Below, in pieces: positions 43,206 through 57,184 of a stretch of 64,000 bases of DNA. Location: positions 434,001 through 498,000 of the forward strand of contig CAUYUJ010000126.1 of assembly GCA_963575745.1 (NCBI GenBank), given 5' to 3'. How positions within the stretch are numbered: the first letter of the stretch is position 1; each line of letters opens with the position of its first letter. Position numbers and translations under genes: made by a program. The DNA is from Prorocentrum cordatum (Eukaryota). Under the pieces are notes generated by a model. That model was not told the origin of the DNA, ran no database searches, and was given only the letters and a program-made list of their open reading frames with translations.

Positions 43206-45341
43206 TTATCCCGGCAAAGCAACCTAACAGCGATGTGTAGGAGCATATCTGGAAGCATTCCCCTTAAGATTCAGATGAGAATCCAGTTGTAGAAGTCTGC
43301 TGTTCTCGCAGTCGTAGTCGCATTCGCGATGACAGTCGCAGTGGCAACGGCAGGCGCAGTCACAGCCTCAGCCTCAGCCTCAGCCTGCATCAGCATCAGC
43401 CTCAGCCTCAGCCTCAGCCTCAGCCTGCCTCAGCCTCAGCCTCAGCCTGCTTCAGCCTCAGCCTCAGTCTGCCTTCAGCCTCGGCCTCAGCCTCAGCCTG
43501 CCTCAGCCTCAGCCTTCAGCCTCAGCCTCAGCCTCAGCCTGCCTCAGCATCAGCCTGCCTCAGCCTCAGCCTCAGCCTGCCTGCCTCAGCCTCAGCCTCC
43601 TGCTTCAGCCTCAGCCTCAGTCAGCCTTCAGCCTCGCCTCAGCCTCAGCCTGCCTCCTCAGCCTGCCTCAGCCTCAGCCTCAGCCTGCTCATCAGCCTCA
43701 GCCTCAGCCTCGGTCAGCCTCAGCCTGCCTCAGCCTCAGCCTGCCTCAGCCTCAGCCTCAGCCCTCAGCCTCAGCCTCAGTCTGCTCAGCCTGCATCAGC
43801 CTCAGCCTCAGCCTGCATCAGCCTCAGCCTCAGCCTCAGCCTGCCTCAGCATCAGCCTGCCTCAGCCTCAGCCTCAGCCTGCTCAGCCTCAGCCTCATCG
43901 CCTCAGCCTCAGTCTGCCTTCAGCCTCGGCCTCAGCCTCAGCCTGCCTCAGCATCAGCCTGCATCAGCCTAGCCTCAGCCTCAGCCTGCCTCAGCTCAGC
44001 CTGCCTCAGCCTCAGCCTCAGCCTGCCTCAGCCTCAGCCTCAGCCTGCTTCAGCCTCAGCCTCAGTCTGCCTTCAGCCTCGGCCTCAGCCTCAGCCTGCC
44101 TCAGCCTCAGCCTGCATCAGCCTCAGCCTCAGCCTCAGCCTGCATCAGCATCAGCCTGCCTCAGCCTCAGCCTCAGCCTCAGCCTGCCTCAGCCTCGGCC
44201 TCAGCCTGCTTCAGCCTCAGCCTCAGTCTGCCTTCAGCCTCGGCCTCAGCCTCAGCCTGCCTCAGCCTCAGCCTGCATCAGCCTCAGCCTCAGCCTCAGC
44301 CTGCATAAGCATCAGCCTGCCTCAGCCTCAGCCTCAGCCTCAGCCTGCCTCAGCCCGCCTCAGCCTGCTTCAGCCTCAGCCTCATCTGCCTTCAGCCTCG
44401 GCCTCAGCCTCAGCCTGCCTCAGCCTCAGCCTGCAGCTTCAGCCTCAGCCTCAGCCTCAGCCTGCCTCAGCCTCAGCCTGCTTCAGCCTCAGCCTCAGCT
44501 TCAGCCTGCCTCAGCCTCAGCCTGCATCAGCATCAGCCTCAGCCTCAGCCTGCCTCAGCATCAGCCTGCCTCAGCCTCAGCCTCAGCCTCAGCCTCAGCC
44601 TCAGCCTCAGTCTCAGCCTCAGCCTCAGCCTCAGTCTGCCTTCAGCCTCAGCCTCAGCCTCAGCCTGCCTCAGCCTCAGCCTGCATCAGCCTCAGCCTCA
44701 GCCTCAGCCTGCCTCAGCATCAGCCTGCCTCAGCCTCAGCCTAGCCTGCCTCAGCCTCAGCCTCAGCCTGCTTCAGCCTCAGCCTCAGTCTGCCTTCGGC
44801 CTCAGCCTCAGCCTCAGCCTGCCTTACCCTCAGCCTGCCTCAGCCTCAGCATCAGCCTGCCTCAGCATTCAAAATGTGGCCCGGGAATACAGACCTGGGA
44901 ACTCGAAAAACACAAAGTGGTTTACAGTTGGCTCCGGGCATTCAAATCAGGCCCAGGAATGGAATTCTGGGAACTCGAAGAAAACGAAGTGGCCTACAGT
45001 TGGCTCTGGGCATTCCAAATCATGCCCAGGAATTGAGTTCTGGGAACTCGAAGACCACGAAGTGGCCTACGGTTGGCTCCGGGCATTCAAAATCATGCCC
45101 AGGAATGGAATTCTGGGACCTCGAAGAACACGAAATGACCTACAGTTGGTTCCGGGCATTCAAAATCATACCCAGGAATGGAGTTCTTGGAAGTCGAAGA
45201 CCACTAAGTGCGTTACTGCTGGCTAAAAAAATCCCGGGATTCCCGGGGCACCCGTCCGGCATCTGCCCAAACCCCCTCTGGGGAGTCATGATGTTCTCTT
45301 TTGAGACCACTAGAAACCTATCAGTTTTCGCTGTTAGGTAA
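43206..45341 (-). mobile_element. Family X copy 4, head-to-tail with copy 3 (8-nt spacer)
   Basis: ...TAGGTAA-CTATTGAA-TTATCCCGG... junction. Confidence 0.82.
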
Positions 45342-45355
45342 TACAGAATACATTT

Positions 45356-45692
45356 GGCGGCGGCGGCGGCTGCGGCGGCTCCAGCGGGGGCAACGGCTGC
45401 GGCGGCTGCGGCGGTGGTGGCGGCGGTGGCGGCGGCGGCGGCGGGGGGGCGGCGGCGGCGGCCGCGGCGGCGGCGGTGGCGGCGGCGGCGGCGGCAGCGG
45501 TGGCGGCAGCGGCTGCGGCGGCAGCGGCTGCGGCGGCAGCGGCTGCGGCGGCGGCGCTTCGGCAGCGGGGCGGCGGCGGCGGCGGCGGCGGCGGGCGGCG
45601 GCGGCGGCGGCGGGTGGCGGCGGCGGCGGCGGCGGCGGACGGCGGCGGCGGCGGCGGCGGCGGCGGCGCGGCGGCGGCGGCGGCGGCGGCGG
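45356..45692. repeat. (GGC)n microsatellite
   Basis: Directly visible. Confidence 0.93.
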
Positions 45693-45944
45693 ATGCGCCC
45701 CCAGTAGCTGCCCATCCAAAGACGACAGCTGAATATGCTGCGGTTCGTGCCAGGCTCGGGTGCTGCGTATATGTTGGGAGGGCGGGTGGGGGTGAGCGAG
45801 ACGGCTTGCGGGCGGGAAGGGAGTGTCTTGGAGCGTTTCCTCTTCTACCCCTCCTTTTTCCCCTTCGGGGAGGGGTTATCCTTTTTCCTTATTGTTATAT
45901 ACCCCCACCGACCTCGTATTCCGGCCGGTAGCAACCCAATCCGG

Positions 45945-46640
45945 GACCTCCCATCCAGCCTGTAAAAAATCAATACAAAGTGGCCGCGTTTCCTCAACAT
46001 CGTCTTTCTTGTCGTCGACGATGCGAAAAGCGTGGCAAGAATAGGACGCGGCGCACATCGCGCGCGGCAGTCAATCTGGGCCCGCCCATCCTGACCATAA
46101 AAAATCAATACGAAGTTTTTTTTTCCTCTCAGCATGGCCTGCCTTGTCGCCGACGGTGCGAAAGATGTGGCAGCAGTGGGACGCGGCGCACATATGGGAC
46201 GCGGCGCACATCGCGCGCGGCCGTCAATCCGGGCCCGCCCATCCTGACTGTAAAAATCAATGCGCAGTCTCCGTTTTTTCCTCTCAGCATGGCCTGCCTT
46301 GTCGCCGACGGTGCGAAATATGCCGCAGGAATGGGACGCGGCGCACATCGCGCGCGGACGTCCATGCGGGCCGCGGGCCCTCCCATCCTGACTGTGAAAA
46401 AACAATACAGAGTTGCTGTTTTTCCTTTCGTCATGGCCTGTCTTGTCGTCGACGATGCGAAATGCGTGGCAGGAATGGGGCGCGCCGCACATCGCGCGCG
46501 GACTTCTGGGGCAACCCCAAGGCGGGAGGGACCACCTTACTTGTCAGAAGCGATGCCATCCTGATTTTCCCTGCCCACATAGCTGTTCTTGTCGTCCACC
46601 CCGCAAAAGTGCATGGCAAGAATTGGGCGCGGCACACCCC
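45945..46640. repeat. Degenerate ~135-155-bp tandem repeat (CTTGTCGTCGACGATGCGAAATGCGTGGCAGGAATGGGACGCGGCGCACATCGCGCGCGG); one more unit near 48300-48370
   Basis: Core motif at about 46008, 46143, 46298, 46442, 46588 and 48308. Confidence 0.8.
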
Positions 46641-46922
46641 CCTCCCCCCCCGCTCGAAGTGAATGAAATGACCTTCCCGCTTGGGCGCCGAGCGAAATGT
46701 TCTCAAAGTTGCGCTCCCGCTTTGCCTCGGCGCACGTCATTAGCTCGCCAATTCATTGGGCGCCGGGGCGTTCCAGGAGGACCTGGGGCGACGAATGCCT
46801 GGGACGTTTTTTGCTTGTTCAGGCTCTTGGAGGGCCTCCTGAGGTTCCCCGCGGGTTCTTGGCGCTACGGCCGTCTGGAGGCCATCTTGGGCGTCTTGGA
46901 ACGATCTTTCGGCGACTCAGGG

Positions 46923-48223
<1,301 letters not shown>

Positions 48224-48516
48224 GCGCCAGCACCCAGTTGCGCCAGCATTGTTTCTTATGTTGTGGGAGGGCGGAACGTGTCCGTTGTTCCTTTCAACAT
48301 GGCCAGTCTTGTCGTCGACGATGCGAAATGCGTGGCGGGAATGGGACGCGGCGCACATCCCGCGCGGACGTCAGTGCGGTGTCCTGGGGTATCCTCCACT
48401 CGCACTGAAATGCCCGCGCAGCCCCAGTTATGCCATCACTGTTTCTTATGTTGTGGGAGGGCGGGTGGGAATGGGCATGCCATCATGCTTGACTCGCTCG
48501 AGCTGGCTAGCTTGAC

Positions 48517-49535
48517 CCCTCCCCCTACCCCCTCCCCTGGACCTGGACGAGGGGGTCGCGAGGTATCAGGGCGTCCAAAACAGGCTCGGCGAGGAAGCCA
48601 AAATCATTGGTTTTACTCTGACTTTGGCTCCATTTTGGCCTCTTTGGGGGGGGGAACCCTAATTGAAGCTCCCCTCTTGTTTGATCGATCTCCTCCAAGA
48701 TGGCCCCAAGATGGCCCCCAAGGGTGCCCCAAGAGGGCCCCAAGAGGTGGCCAGGAAGCCCAAGAGGCCCCCAGGAGGCCCCCAGGATGCCCCCAAGAGG
48801 CTCCCAAGAGACCTCCAAGAGACCTCCCGGAGGCCCCAAGAGGCTCCCCAGAGGCACCCAAGACGCTCCAAGAGGCCTCGGCGACAATGCCAAAATCGTT
48901 GATTGTACTAAGATGTTGGCCACATTTTAGCCTCCTGGGGGGGGGCACTGCTTCAGGTGACTCCAAGAGCGCTTGGGAGAGCCAAAGATGATCTCCAAGA
49001 TGGCTCAAGATATCCCAAGATGCCTCAAGATGGCACCCGCGATGCTCCAAGAGGCCCCAAGACCGCTCCAAGACGGCTCCAAGTGGCCACAGAGCTCCCC
49101 CAAGAGGCCCCGCAGAGGCCAAAATCCTTCCAATACCTTGGGAAAACATGTTTTTGGCTTTCTCGCCGAGGCCTCAAGATGGCTCCAAGATGGCCCAAGA
49201 GGGCTCCAAGAGCGCTCCCAAGGCTCCCAAGAGTGCTTCAAGAGGGCCCCAAGAGGCGTCCAGGAGGCCCCAGGAGGCCCCAACAGGCGCCCCAGAGGCC
49301 TCCAAGAGGCTCCCAATAGACCCCCAAGAGGCCCCAAGAAGCTCTCCGAAGAACCCAAGACGCTCTAAGAGGCGTCCGGGACCGCCAAGAGGCCCCCAAG
49401 ACGCTCCAAGAGGCCTCCACTGGGGGACCCTTCCTCTGTGTGCTGCCCGCTTCCCTGATCGAGGCAATTCCTCTGGGCATCGTTTCTGGATGGGCTGGAT
49501 GGGCTAGATGGGGATTCGCGAAGCGTCAACTATTT
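48517..49535 (+). mobile_element. Family Y element, 5'-truncated, filled with CCAAGAGGCCC-type repeats
   Basis: Shares CCCTCCCCCTACCCCCTCCCC near the start and GATGGGCT...GGGGAT.CGCGAAGCGT at the end with 57185-58418. Confidence 0.65.
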
Positions 49536-49899
49536 CCATTGTTGTTCACAAGTTTTGGCCACTACAGGCCTTCCTTGGAGCTCTCTCGGGCGGTCTTGGG
49601 AGCCTCTTGAGCGCTGGTGGGGGCTTCGTGGGCTGTCGGAACGCCGTCTTGGGCCGTCTAGGAAGACCCTTGCCTGCCTCGGGGGCGTCCTGAGCCGTTG
49701 TAAGGCCTTCCCTGGGCGCTCTTGAAGCCCAGGAGGGCCGTACCAGGGATTTGCCGAGGTGGCCCCTGGGGGTGAGGTCGTGTATGAAAAAGAATGGTGA
49801 GAGAGAGAGAGAGAGGGAGGAATAGATATGGCTTCAGATAGATAGTAACGAGTGCTGCGAGGTCAGAAATTCGCAGTGACTGCAAGGCGGCCGCGCAGT

Positions 49900-52800
49900 C
49901 GTCGGTGGGAGGTACATCGGGTCAGACGCTCAAGGTAAGCTACACGGCTCATTGGGAAGGCTCCGCTGCACTACGCTGCAAAAACAACGCCCGGTGCATC
50001 GTAAGAAGCGTTCCGTGCGACGATCGAGGCAACGACCGATGTCATTCTAGACTCTCCACAGCTTCCCTTCTCCACCAATCCTGCATCATAGTGAGGCATC
50101 TGTTTACTCGTTTGGGGCAGCATCGGCGACGGCGGCGAGCCCAATTTTTCCGACGAAGCAATTTCAATGTTAAAGGACGGGTGACACATTCAGGAGTCTT
50201 ACCGAGGGTTCTGAATCTCCACTGTCTTTCTTTTTGATAGGCCGAAACATGAACGCGCTGCTGGTTGCAGGGAAAGCTACTTTCACCACTACTGCAACGA
50301 CAACCACCGTGCCAAGGGTCAGAAGAGGACTGCCGAAAGAAACCAAGAGACAATTTGGCAAAACGTAGCCGACAGAACTTCAGAAGAGTAACCGAGCCGC
50401 CCAGTGCTCGACTGCAGACCGCTGTCGCGTATCACCAATCACCCGTGCGGGGCACACTCCTGAGGCCCAACGCTAGGCATGGCGCCGAAGCCGCGTGGAT
50501 GCTAGCACTGACGCGTGAGCGAAATGGACCCACTACAGATCCAACCCTCCAACGGCCAGACGCTCTGTGATAGGTGCTTGCGGATGAAGACAGGGATAGT
50601 GGGGCACGTCGCAACTGTGACCAAACGACATAGCAACACTGTGCGCGGGTGGGTCAAATTCGAGAAAACACGACCCTTGACTTCAGTCTGCAGGCGGCCC
50701 CAGCATCGAATCGATAAGTCGGATCGGGTCGACCGGAGCATCGAATCGGCAGAAATCGGCAAAAACTGGCAGCCAAATCGAAATCGGCTGAGGTCGGCAG
50801 GTCCGAGCCGGATCGAGTCGGAAACCGGACCGCGTCAAGCCGGATCGGAATCGAAATCGGACCCCCCCCCTGGGGGGGGGATGTTTTGGAACCCCCCCTG
50901 GGGGGGTTTGGGTTTTTGGAACCACCCCCTGGGGGAAGGGGGGGGGGTTGGAACCCCCCCCTTGGGGGGGGGGGGTTTGGACCCCCCCCCCTGGGGGTGG
51001 GGGAGGTTTGGACCCCCCCCTGGGGGTGGGAGAGGTTTGGACCCCCCCCCTTGGGGGGGGGGGGGTTGGAACCCACCCCTGGGGGGAAGGGGGTGGACCC
51101 CCCCCCTGGGGGGAGGGAGTGTTTTTAGACCCCCCCCATGGGGGGGGTTTGGGTTTTTGGAACCCTGAGGGGGTTGCCGTCGTCGCCCCTCCTCCCCTCC
51201 TTCCCTCCCTCCCTCCTCCCTCCTCCCTCCTCCTGTCCTCCTTCCTCCTCCCTCCTCCTCCTGTTCCTCCCTCGTCCCCTCCTCCCTCCTCTCCTCTTCT
51301 TCTCCATCCTCCCTCCCCCGTCCTCCCCTCCTCCTCCTCGGGTGGGAGCCCCTGGGGGGGGGGGTTGGGGTCCCGGAGGTTTTGGACCCCCCCCCTGGGG
51401 GGGGTTTGCGGTCCCGGGGGTTTTGGACCCCCTTCCCTGGGGGGGGGTTTGGGGTCCCGGGGGTTTTGGAAAACCTCCCCCTGGGGGGGGGGTCCGGGAG
51501 CTTTTGGACCCCCCCACCCTGGGCCGGGGTTTAGGGTCCCAGAGCTTTTGGAAAACCCCCCCCTGGGGGTGGTTTGGGGCCCCGGGAGTTTGGGACACCC
51601 CCCCCTGGGGGAGGTTTTGGGGTCCCGGGGCTTTGGAAACCCCCCTTCTGGGGGGGGTTGGGCTCCCGGGGCTTTTGGACCCCCCCCCCTGGGGTGGGGT
51701 TGGGTCCCGGAGCTTTTGGACCCCCCCCCCTTAGGGGGGGGGGGGGGTTTTGACTCCCCCCTGGGGGTTCCTCCTCCCTCCTCCTCCTCCCCTTGGGGGC
51801 CAGAGCCGGAGCGAAGCCGGATCGGCAAAAGCCGGCAGGAATCGGCTGACGCATCGTATCGGCAGAAGCTGAATCGGGCGAACTCGAAATCGGAATCGCG
51901 AATCGGAATCCCGGAATCGAGTCGGTTCGAAATCGGAATCGCGGAAATCGATTCGAATCGAACCGGCGGAATCGGAATGACCCCTGGACAGTCTGCACAT
52001 AGTTATTGAATCAAACGGCGGTCCCATGCGAGCTGTGCAACTTTTCGACGTTCTGGGAAATGAGTCTGTAACTGCTGCCACATCGATTTCGGACAACCTC
52101 TCTGTAATAAGACGCTCTCTTCCGCTAGGGCCTCAACCGCATACGCGACCATGGAATACACAGGTGCACCAAACAAACAAGTAGTGGCCAAGGAACCAGG
52201 AACTCCTGGAAGCATTGGCCACATCGTGGAGAAATCATGAGCTGCGAAAAAAGGGTAGACGTAAATTACAAACGTACCGGCTGTCATTCGGGGAGGCAAG
52301 AGATGGGTCGGTGATCCAGGTTCAGCGTAAGGGAAGCTCCGAAATCGAACTCACACCTATCGCGGGTGACATATTTCTCGCCCACGAGCATGATCAGTTC
52401 CTTACTTCTATGTAAAGCTTGGACGGCGGGAGATGCCGTCCAATTCGTGTTCGGTGCCAGCTTGGTGGATGCACGCGCAGACTCATATAACCCACGTGTT
52501 GAACCAACATGAGCCGCCAAGAAGAATATTGGCCCATCAAGTAAGCACTCGTGTCGTGAATTCCCCTTGGCTGATTGCCCACGTTGGCCCAAAAAGATCA
52601 TCGCTCCTGCTGGAGAAGGTTGGGAACTTGATGATCGGAGTACTGTCTGCTGAAGCAAACACACGAGCTTTTATGCAGCCTCAGCGGCACGCGCTCCCTC
52701 CGAACACGTGCAAGGGCAATGCGACATGTCTCGCAGAGACGCGAGGGCGCCCAGCGGTGCGACAAAGCATTGGAAACCAATTACCACATCACATCTATCA

Positions 52801-53350
52801 TGCCATGTGGCGGATTCCTGATACGGCAAGGTCCCTGGGAGAATCCGCATCAGGGAGGAAAGGAAGGAGAGGGCAAAGGAGGATGGATGACGAGAGCGAG
52901 AAGGAGTGACTCGACGTAGTCGACAAAACACCAGATGCCACCCCTTTGACTTCTCGAAATACCCGACGAACAGGAAGGTGAGGTACCAGGGCAAGCAGTA
53001 GAAGGAACTTGAGGAAATGCGCCGCGAGGCTCAAGTGATACATGAGCCGGTTGCGCGACACGTGACTTGGGCCACAGCCACATACACCACGGATGAATAC
53101 CTCATTGAACCAAGTGAAAGCCAGCAGGCTAAGCTGAAATGGTTTCAACTCGATACGGCCCATGCCAAGACACCTCAGATCAACGGGCAACCTCGAAAGG
53201 TATCGTCTCCCCCCAAAAGAGCCTCGCAACTGCAAAACAACTTGGAACACTTCTCTCCTATATGCGTGTCCAACGTGAACTCTTTTTTTTCTCTCCAAGT
53301 GGAATGTACGAAATCTGGTTGGAACAGTATTCGTCTAGCGTGCTTCAACT
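49900..53350 (-). pseudogene. Possible heavily decayed LINE remnant (lower GC), interrupted by an insertion
   Basis: Weak motifs only: LNLDHRPI (APE-terminal SDH-like, ~52310) upstream of FRPIKKKDSGDSEPSVRLLNV (RT N-terminal-like, ~50220). Confidence 0.35.
50693..51988. mobile_element. Insertion with AATCGG-rich ends and a core of (C)nT(G)n palindromic repeats around a C/T-rich tract
   Basis: Sharp compositional boundaries; flanked by direct repeat CAGTCTGCA (50684-50692 and 51989-51997). Confidence 0.55.
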
Positions 53351-54078
53351 CCCTCTGGCCTGCGAGCCGCAGCCCCTGACCCAGGCCGAAGGGGTACGAG
53401 CAAAAATCGCAGCTGGCTGGCCGCCTTCGCGGGCGGGCGAGCGCAAGGCGAAAACGCTGTGCAGCCGGAGGAGGACGAGGGCAAAGAGGCGGGAGAGGGC
53501 AGGAAAAGGAAGGCGGCCTGCGGCAGCCGCGGGAGCAAGCCCGCACCGCCCGCTGCTCAGCCCTTTAACGTTCGGCGTAAACGTGTTGCGAGCAGGGCGG
53601 CACAACTGGCACAGTGACTGTGGTGCTGCCTATGGCGCAAAAGATAGAGCAGGGACAGACAGAGAGGAAAGCGAAGAAGAGTCCTTCCCACAGTGCAAAG
53701 GTACTGTCATGCCCGCCGGAGAAAATAAATCGCACTCCGTTGGGTGAACGTGGCGGCCGACTACGGGACATCGGAAAAACGGAAAAACCACTCGATCAAA
53801 ACACCCGTCAAAACAGTGCCGTAGCAGAAAGCGTAGAATCCAATCCCATTGAAAACACCATCAACTGATGCACGGCTCAGAATACGGACGGCCAGCACGT
53901 CCCACCCAAGCAGGTAAAGTGAAAGCGCAATTCAAAACCAGCGACGACGAAGGCCACCACAAAAGGCTCGGCTAAGCATACAGACGGCCGACACGCCCAC
54001 ATCCCACGAACGAATACTGCGCGAAGCACTGGTAGAACAGGACTGAAACACTAACTGAGACATATATGTATATATGTG

Positions 54079-54115
<37 letters not shown>

Positions 54116-54780
54116 TGCCACAGCTGCTTTTCCCACCGCTGGCACATGAAAGCAATGAAAGCGATAACACGCCGAGGGGCCGCGAATTGCTCCCACCTGC
54201 TTACCCGCTGTCGTCAAAAGCTGTTCTCGCGCGCACTGACCCGAGCATCGCAGCTGATGCAATCTGCTTCACCACCTACCCATCTGGCCCTGCAGCGAGA
54301 AACCGCTGCGTCTGATTGCCAGTCTCGCACGTGCTGGAGAAAGCGTTGTAGCTGATGACGGGCGGCGCAAGCTTCGGTTCCCATATACCGTTCAGCCGCG
54401 TCTGATCACACCGACTCTGCTCGCCATGCTCCCATGCGCCCAGTGCGATACTGTAAGAGCGGATGGCAGAGTCCGATGCGCCAAACGTGCGCACCAGCAA
54501 CTTAATGCGAGAGCGAAAGGAGCCAAGCAGAAATCATCGAGACAATTAGCCACGAGTATCCCTTCAACTCGATTTAACCAACCCGAACGACTGCGCACAA
54601 GGCCCAGATGACGAGTTGCCACTCAAGGTGCGACTCATGCCCAAGCGATAAGCCAGAAGGGGCCCATGGAAAGGATGGAGCCGCATGTGCTTGAGGAAGG
54701 ACGAGGGAGGAGAGGGGATTAGGAGGGATGAGCGCCCCCCGCGCGCGCTCTCGGCTCCCCCCCGGTCCGCGGCACTCGAC

Positions 54781-54849
54781 CCAGCCCTCGCTGAACTTCG
54801 CCTTGCGGTTGCCGCCCGAGCGCCTCCGCCGCTGGTGGTCCGCCTTGTC
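54781..54849 (-). CDS. ESF2: ESF2/ABT1 (pre-rRNA processing) exon: DKADHQRRRRSGGNRKAKFSEGW
   Basis: Matches the family pattern D...RRR..GGN....(F/Y).EGWVEF; GGCAG|G acceptor, TGG|GT donor. Confidence 0.82.
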
Positions 54850-55915
54850 CTGCCGCCAGGCGCGCGCCGGCGAAAGGCAGCCGAACGCGGTCAAGGATGG
54901 ACCGAGGCGGCACGGATGCAAGGGCACCCTCTGGAAGGTTACCCGTCCTTGCCATCGGCTTCGACTGCGTACACATTCACTGCCCCAGGCCTGGCCAGGG
55001 GCAGTGGATGTATTTTGATCTCCTAGGGTAACTATCTTCGCGCTTCGCGCTGAGCGAAGCGCGAAGCGTACCTATCTTCGCGCTTTCGCGCCTCCCCCAC
55101 CACAGGATACGTAAGAGACCCGCGCCTCGCTATGTAAGCGCCCAGACTGCGACGCGCGACGAACTTCGCGCCCTCGCGGCGGCGCTCGGAGCTCGTGGCC
55201 CCGAGGAAGCGACGCCGATGTCGCCACCCTCCCATGGGCCCTCGCCGCCACGGCTGGGCTCGACCGCGGAGCCCTGGTCACAACTTCACAGTACACATCG
55301 GCATCTGCTCGTGCCGACAGCGCGGAGCGGTCGACCGAGGAGCGACGATCGAGGCGCGAGGATCGTGGGCGTCCTTCGGCTTCCAGGCCCGTTGGGGGGC
55401 CCTCCTGGGGCCCCCGGAGGCCAGGCAGACTTCACCGCATCTGCCCCCACACGCGTAGCAAGCAACAGGAGCGCGAACGCCACCACTGCTGGCATCTTGC
55501 CGCTGCCGGCCCCGCGCTCAGGGGCCGTGCGGCGCCTATCCGCGAGCCGCCAGAATGGGGGATGGGAACTGGAGAGTTGACGTGTAGTTGGAGGAGGTCG
55601 AGGGAGAGGGTCCTGTTCTGCCCAGTTCTGTCCGTCCTCCCTGGTGGCACGGCGCCACCGGGGAGTCGATCAACCCCCCCAGCAGCGACCGTGCTGGGGT
55701 GGGGGGGGGGGAGGCCGCGTTCGAGGAACGCGATGACCATCAGGAATCAGGAGTCAGTGGGAGGAGGGACGAGGGCTGGGGCCGAGAGTTCTGGGTCCCC
55801 ACGTGTTGAGAGAGAGAGAGAGAGAGCCACGATGCTGGAGAGCTGGGCCCCCTCCCCGCCCCGAGCCTACTCGGCGGCGCCTCGCCTCCCCATCTGCTCC
55901 TCGCCCCTGCCACTC

Positions 55916-55993
55916 CTCGGGGGCGAGGTACACGCGGCCGATCTCGCCGAACTGCTCCATGAGGTGGCGGACCTTGTCGGCTCGCATGTGCGC
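55916..55993 (-). CDS. ESF2: ESF2/ABT1 exon: AHMRADKVRHLMEQFGEIGRVYLAPE
   Basis: Matches the family pattern M...K.R.L..FG.IGR.YL.PE(D); GAG|GA donor joins in frame to the 54849 exon. The 5' boundary is inferred. Confidence 0.82.
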
Positions 55994-56121
55994 CTCCGCG
56001 GATGGGGCAGAGAGGACCCTGGAGTCAGTGCGCACTGCCACCAGAGGACAAAGCGAGCCAGCCTGCCCAGAAGCGCTTGAGGCCACGCAGCCGAAGCTTT
56101 GCCGTGAGGAGCCTCGGGTGT

Positions 56122-56390
56122 TGCATTGTTTTTTGCGTTGCTTTGCATCGCCTTGCTTGGCGTGATTTGCACTGCGTTGTATTGTTGTGCAGTGCTTTGA
56201 ACTGGTGGCATTGCGCGAGTTGCTTTGCATCCCTCGCACTGCTTGCACAGCTTAGCGTTCCCTTGTATTGCTTTGCCCTGTCTTGCTTTGCATACAATGG
56301 ATTTGCAATGCATTGCCCTACACGGCAATGCCTCTTGGTTGGTTGTCTTGCACTGGCTCGCCTTGCTTGCATTGCTTTTCACTGCACTGC
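56122..56390. repeat. Degenerate pentamer repeat (TTGC(A/T))n
   Basis: Directly visible. Confidence 0.7.
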
Positions 56391-57184
56391 TCCGCGTTAC
56401 CGTTCGCGCTCTTCCACCAACGCCCTGGAGAAGACCACTGACCGCGAAGCGCGGTTGATTTCTTCGCGCATCCGCGGGTGTCCTGGTAGACAAAAGGAAA
56501 AGGAAAGAGCAAGACAATAATGACGAGAATGACGAGAATGTTGCAACGATGCGATTGGCTCGAAGCACGTTCCAGGAATTCCCGAGTACCTGGCGGCCCC
56601 CGTCGCTGGAGCCGGCGCGCAAACACAGGAGAGCATGGAACTCCTCGAACGCATCAATCTCACCACCTCTTCTGCTCCTCCTCTGATTTGGACGCCCGAA
56701 ATGGGTGCGGAAAGAATGGGTGGGTACAATGCCCAGCAGCAAATGTTGTCCAAAACCGACAGCGGCCGCTGTTGGGCAGGCGGCTTTTTGTCTTCAGTGG
56801 ACACAGGCCGCGGCGACGCCGACAGCGACTCCTGTTCAAAATGAACAGGAACTGCTGTTGGTCTTTGCACCCATTCTTTCCGTACCCATTTCGATCGTCC
56901 CGATCTGAGGGACGCGAAGCAGGGATGTATCCAGAACCAGCGCTCGGAAGACCGATCTTCGCGGACCTCGGCGGACCGTGGATTTGGACCTGTGAGAGAA
57001 CGTTTCTCATTTGGACACTTGCCTGGCACAAATCCCTGGAAACGTCGGAACCGCCCCCCTCCCCCCCCAAACATTTGAAGCGCCCGGCAAACTGCCCCCC
57101 CCCCGACCCTGGACTGGCCTCTCTGACCGGGCCCGCCCCCCTTCCCCCCCCCCAAAGTTGGGGGGTCGAGCCGAAACTAAACAA

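Noticed and set aside
41227..44744. PQPQ/ASAS/LSLS proteins of 470-580 aa
   Set aside because: Translations of the stop-free (CCTCAG)n hexamer inside family X elements
45321..45931. Gly/Ala/Arg/Pro-rich ORFs
   Set aside because: (GGC)n microsatellite
50683..52009. Collagen- or extensin-like Pro/Gly ORFs
   Set aside because: Arise from C/G homopolymer repeats; no Gly-X-Y periodicity
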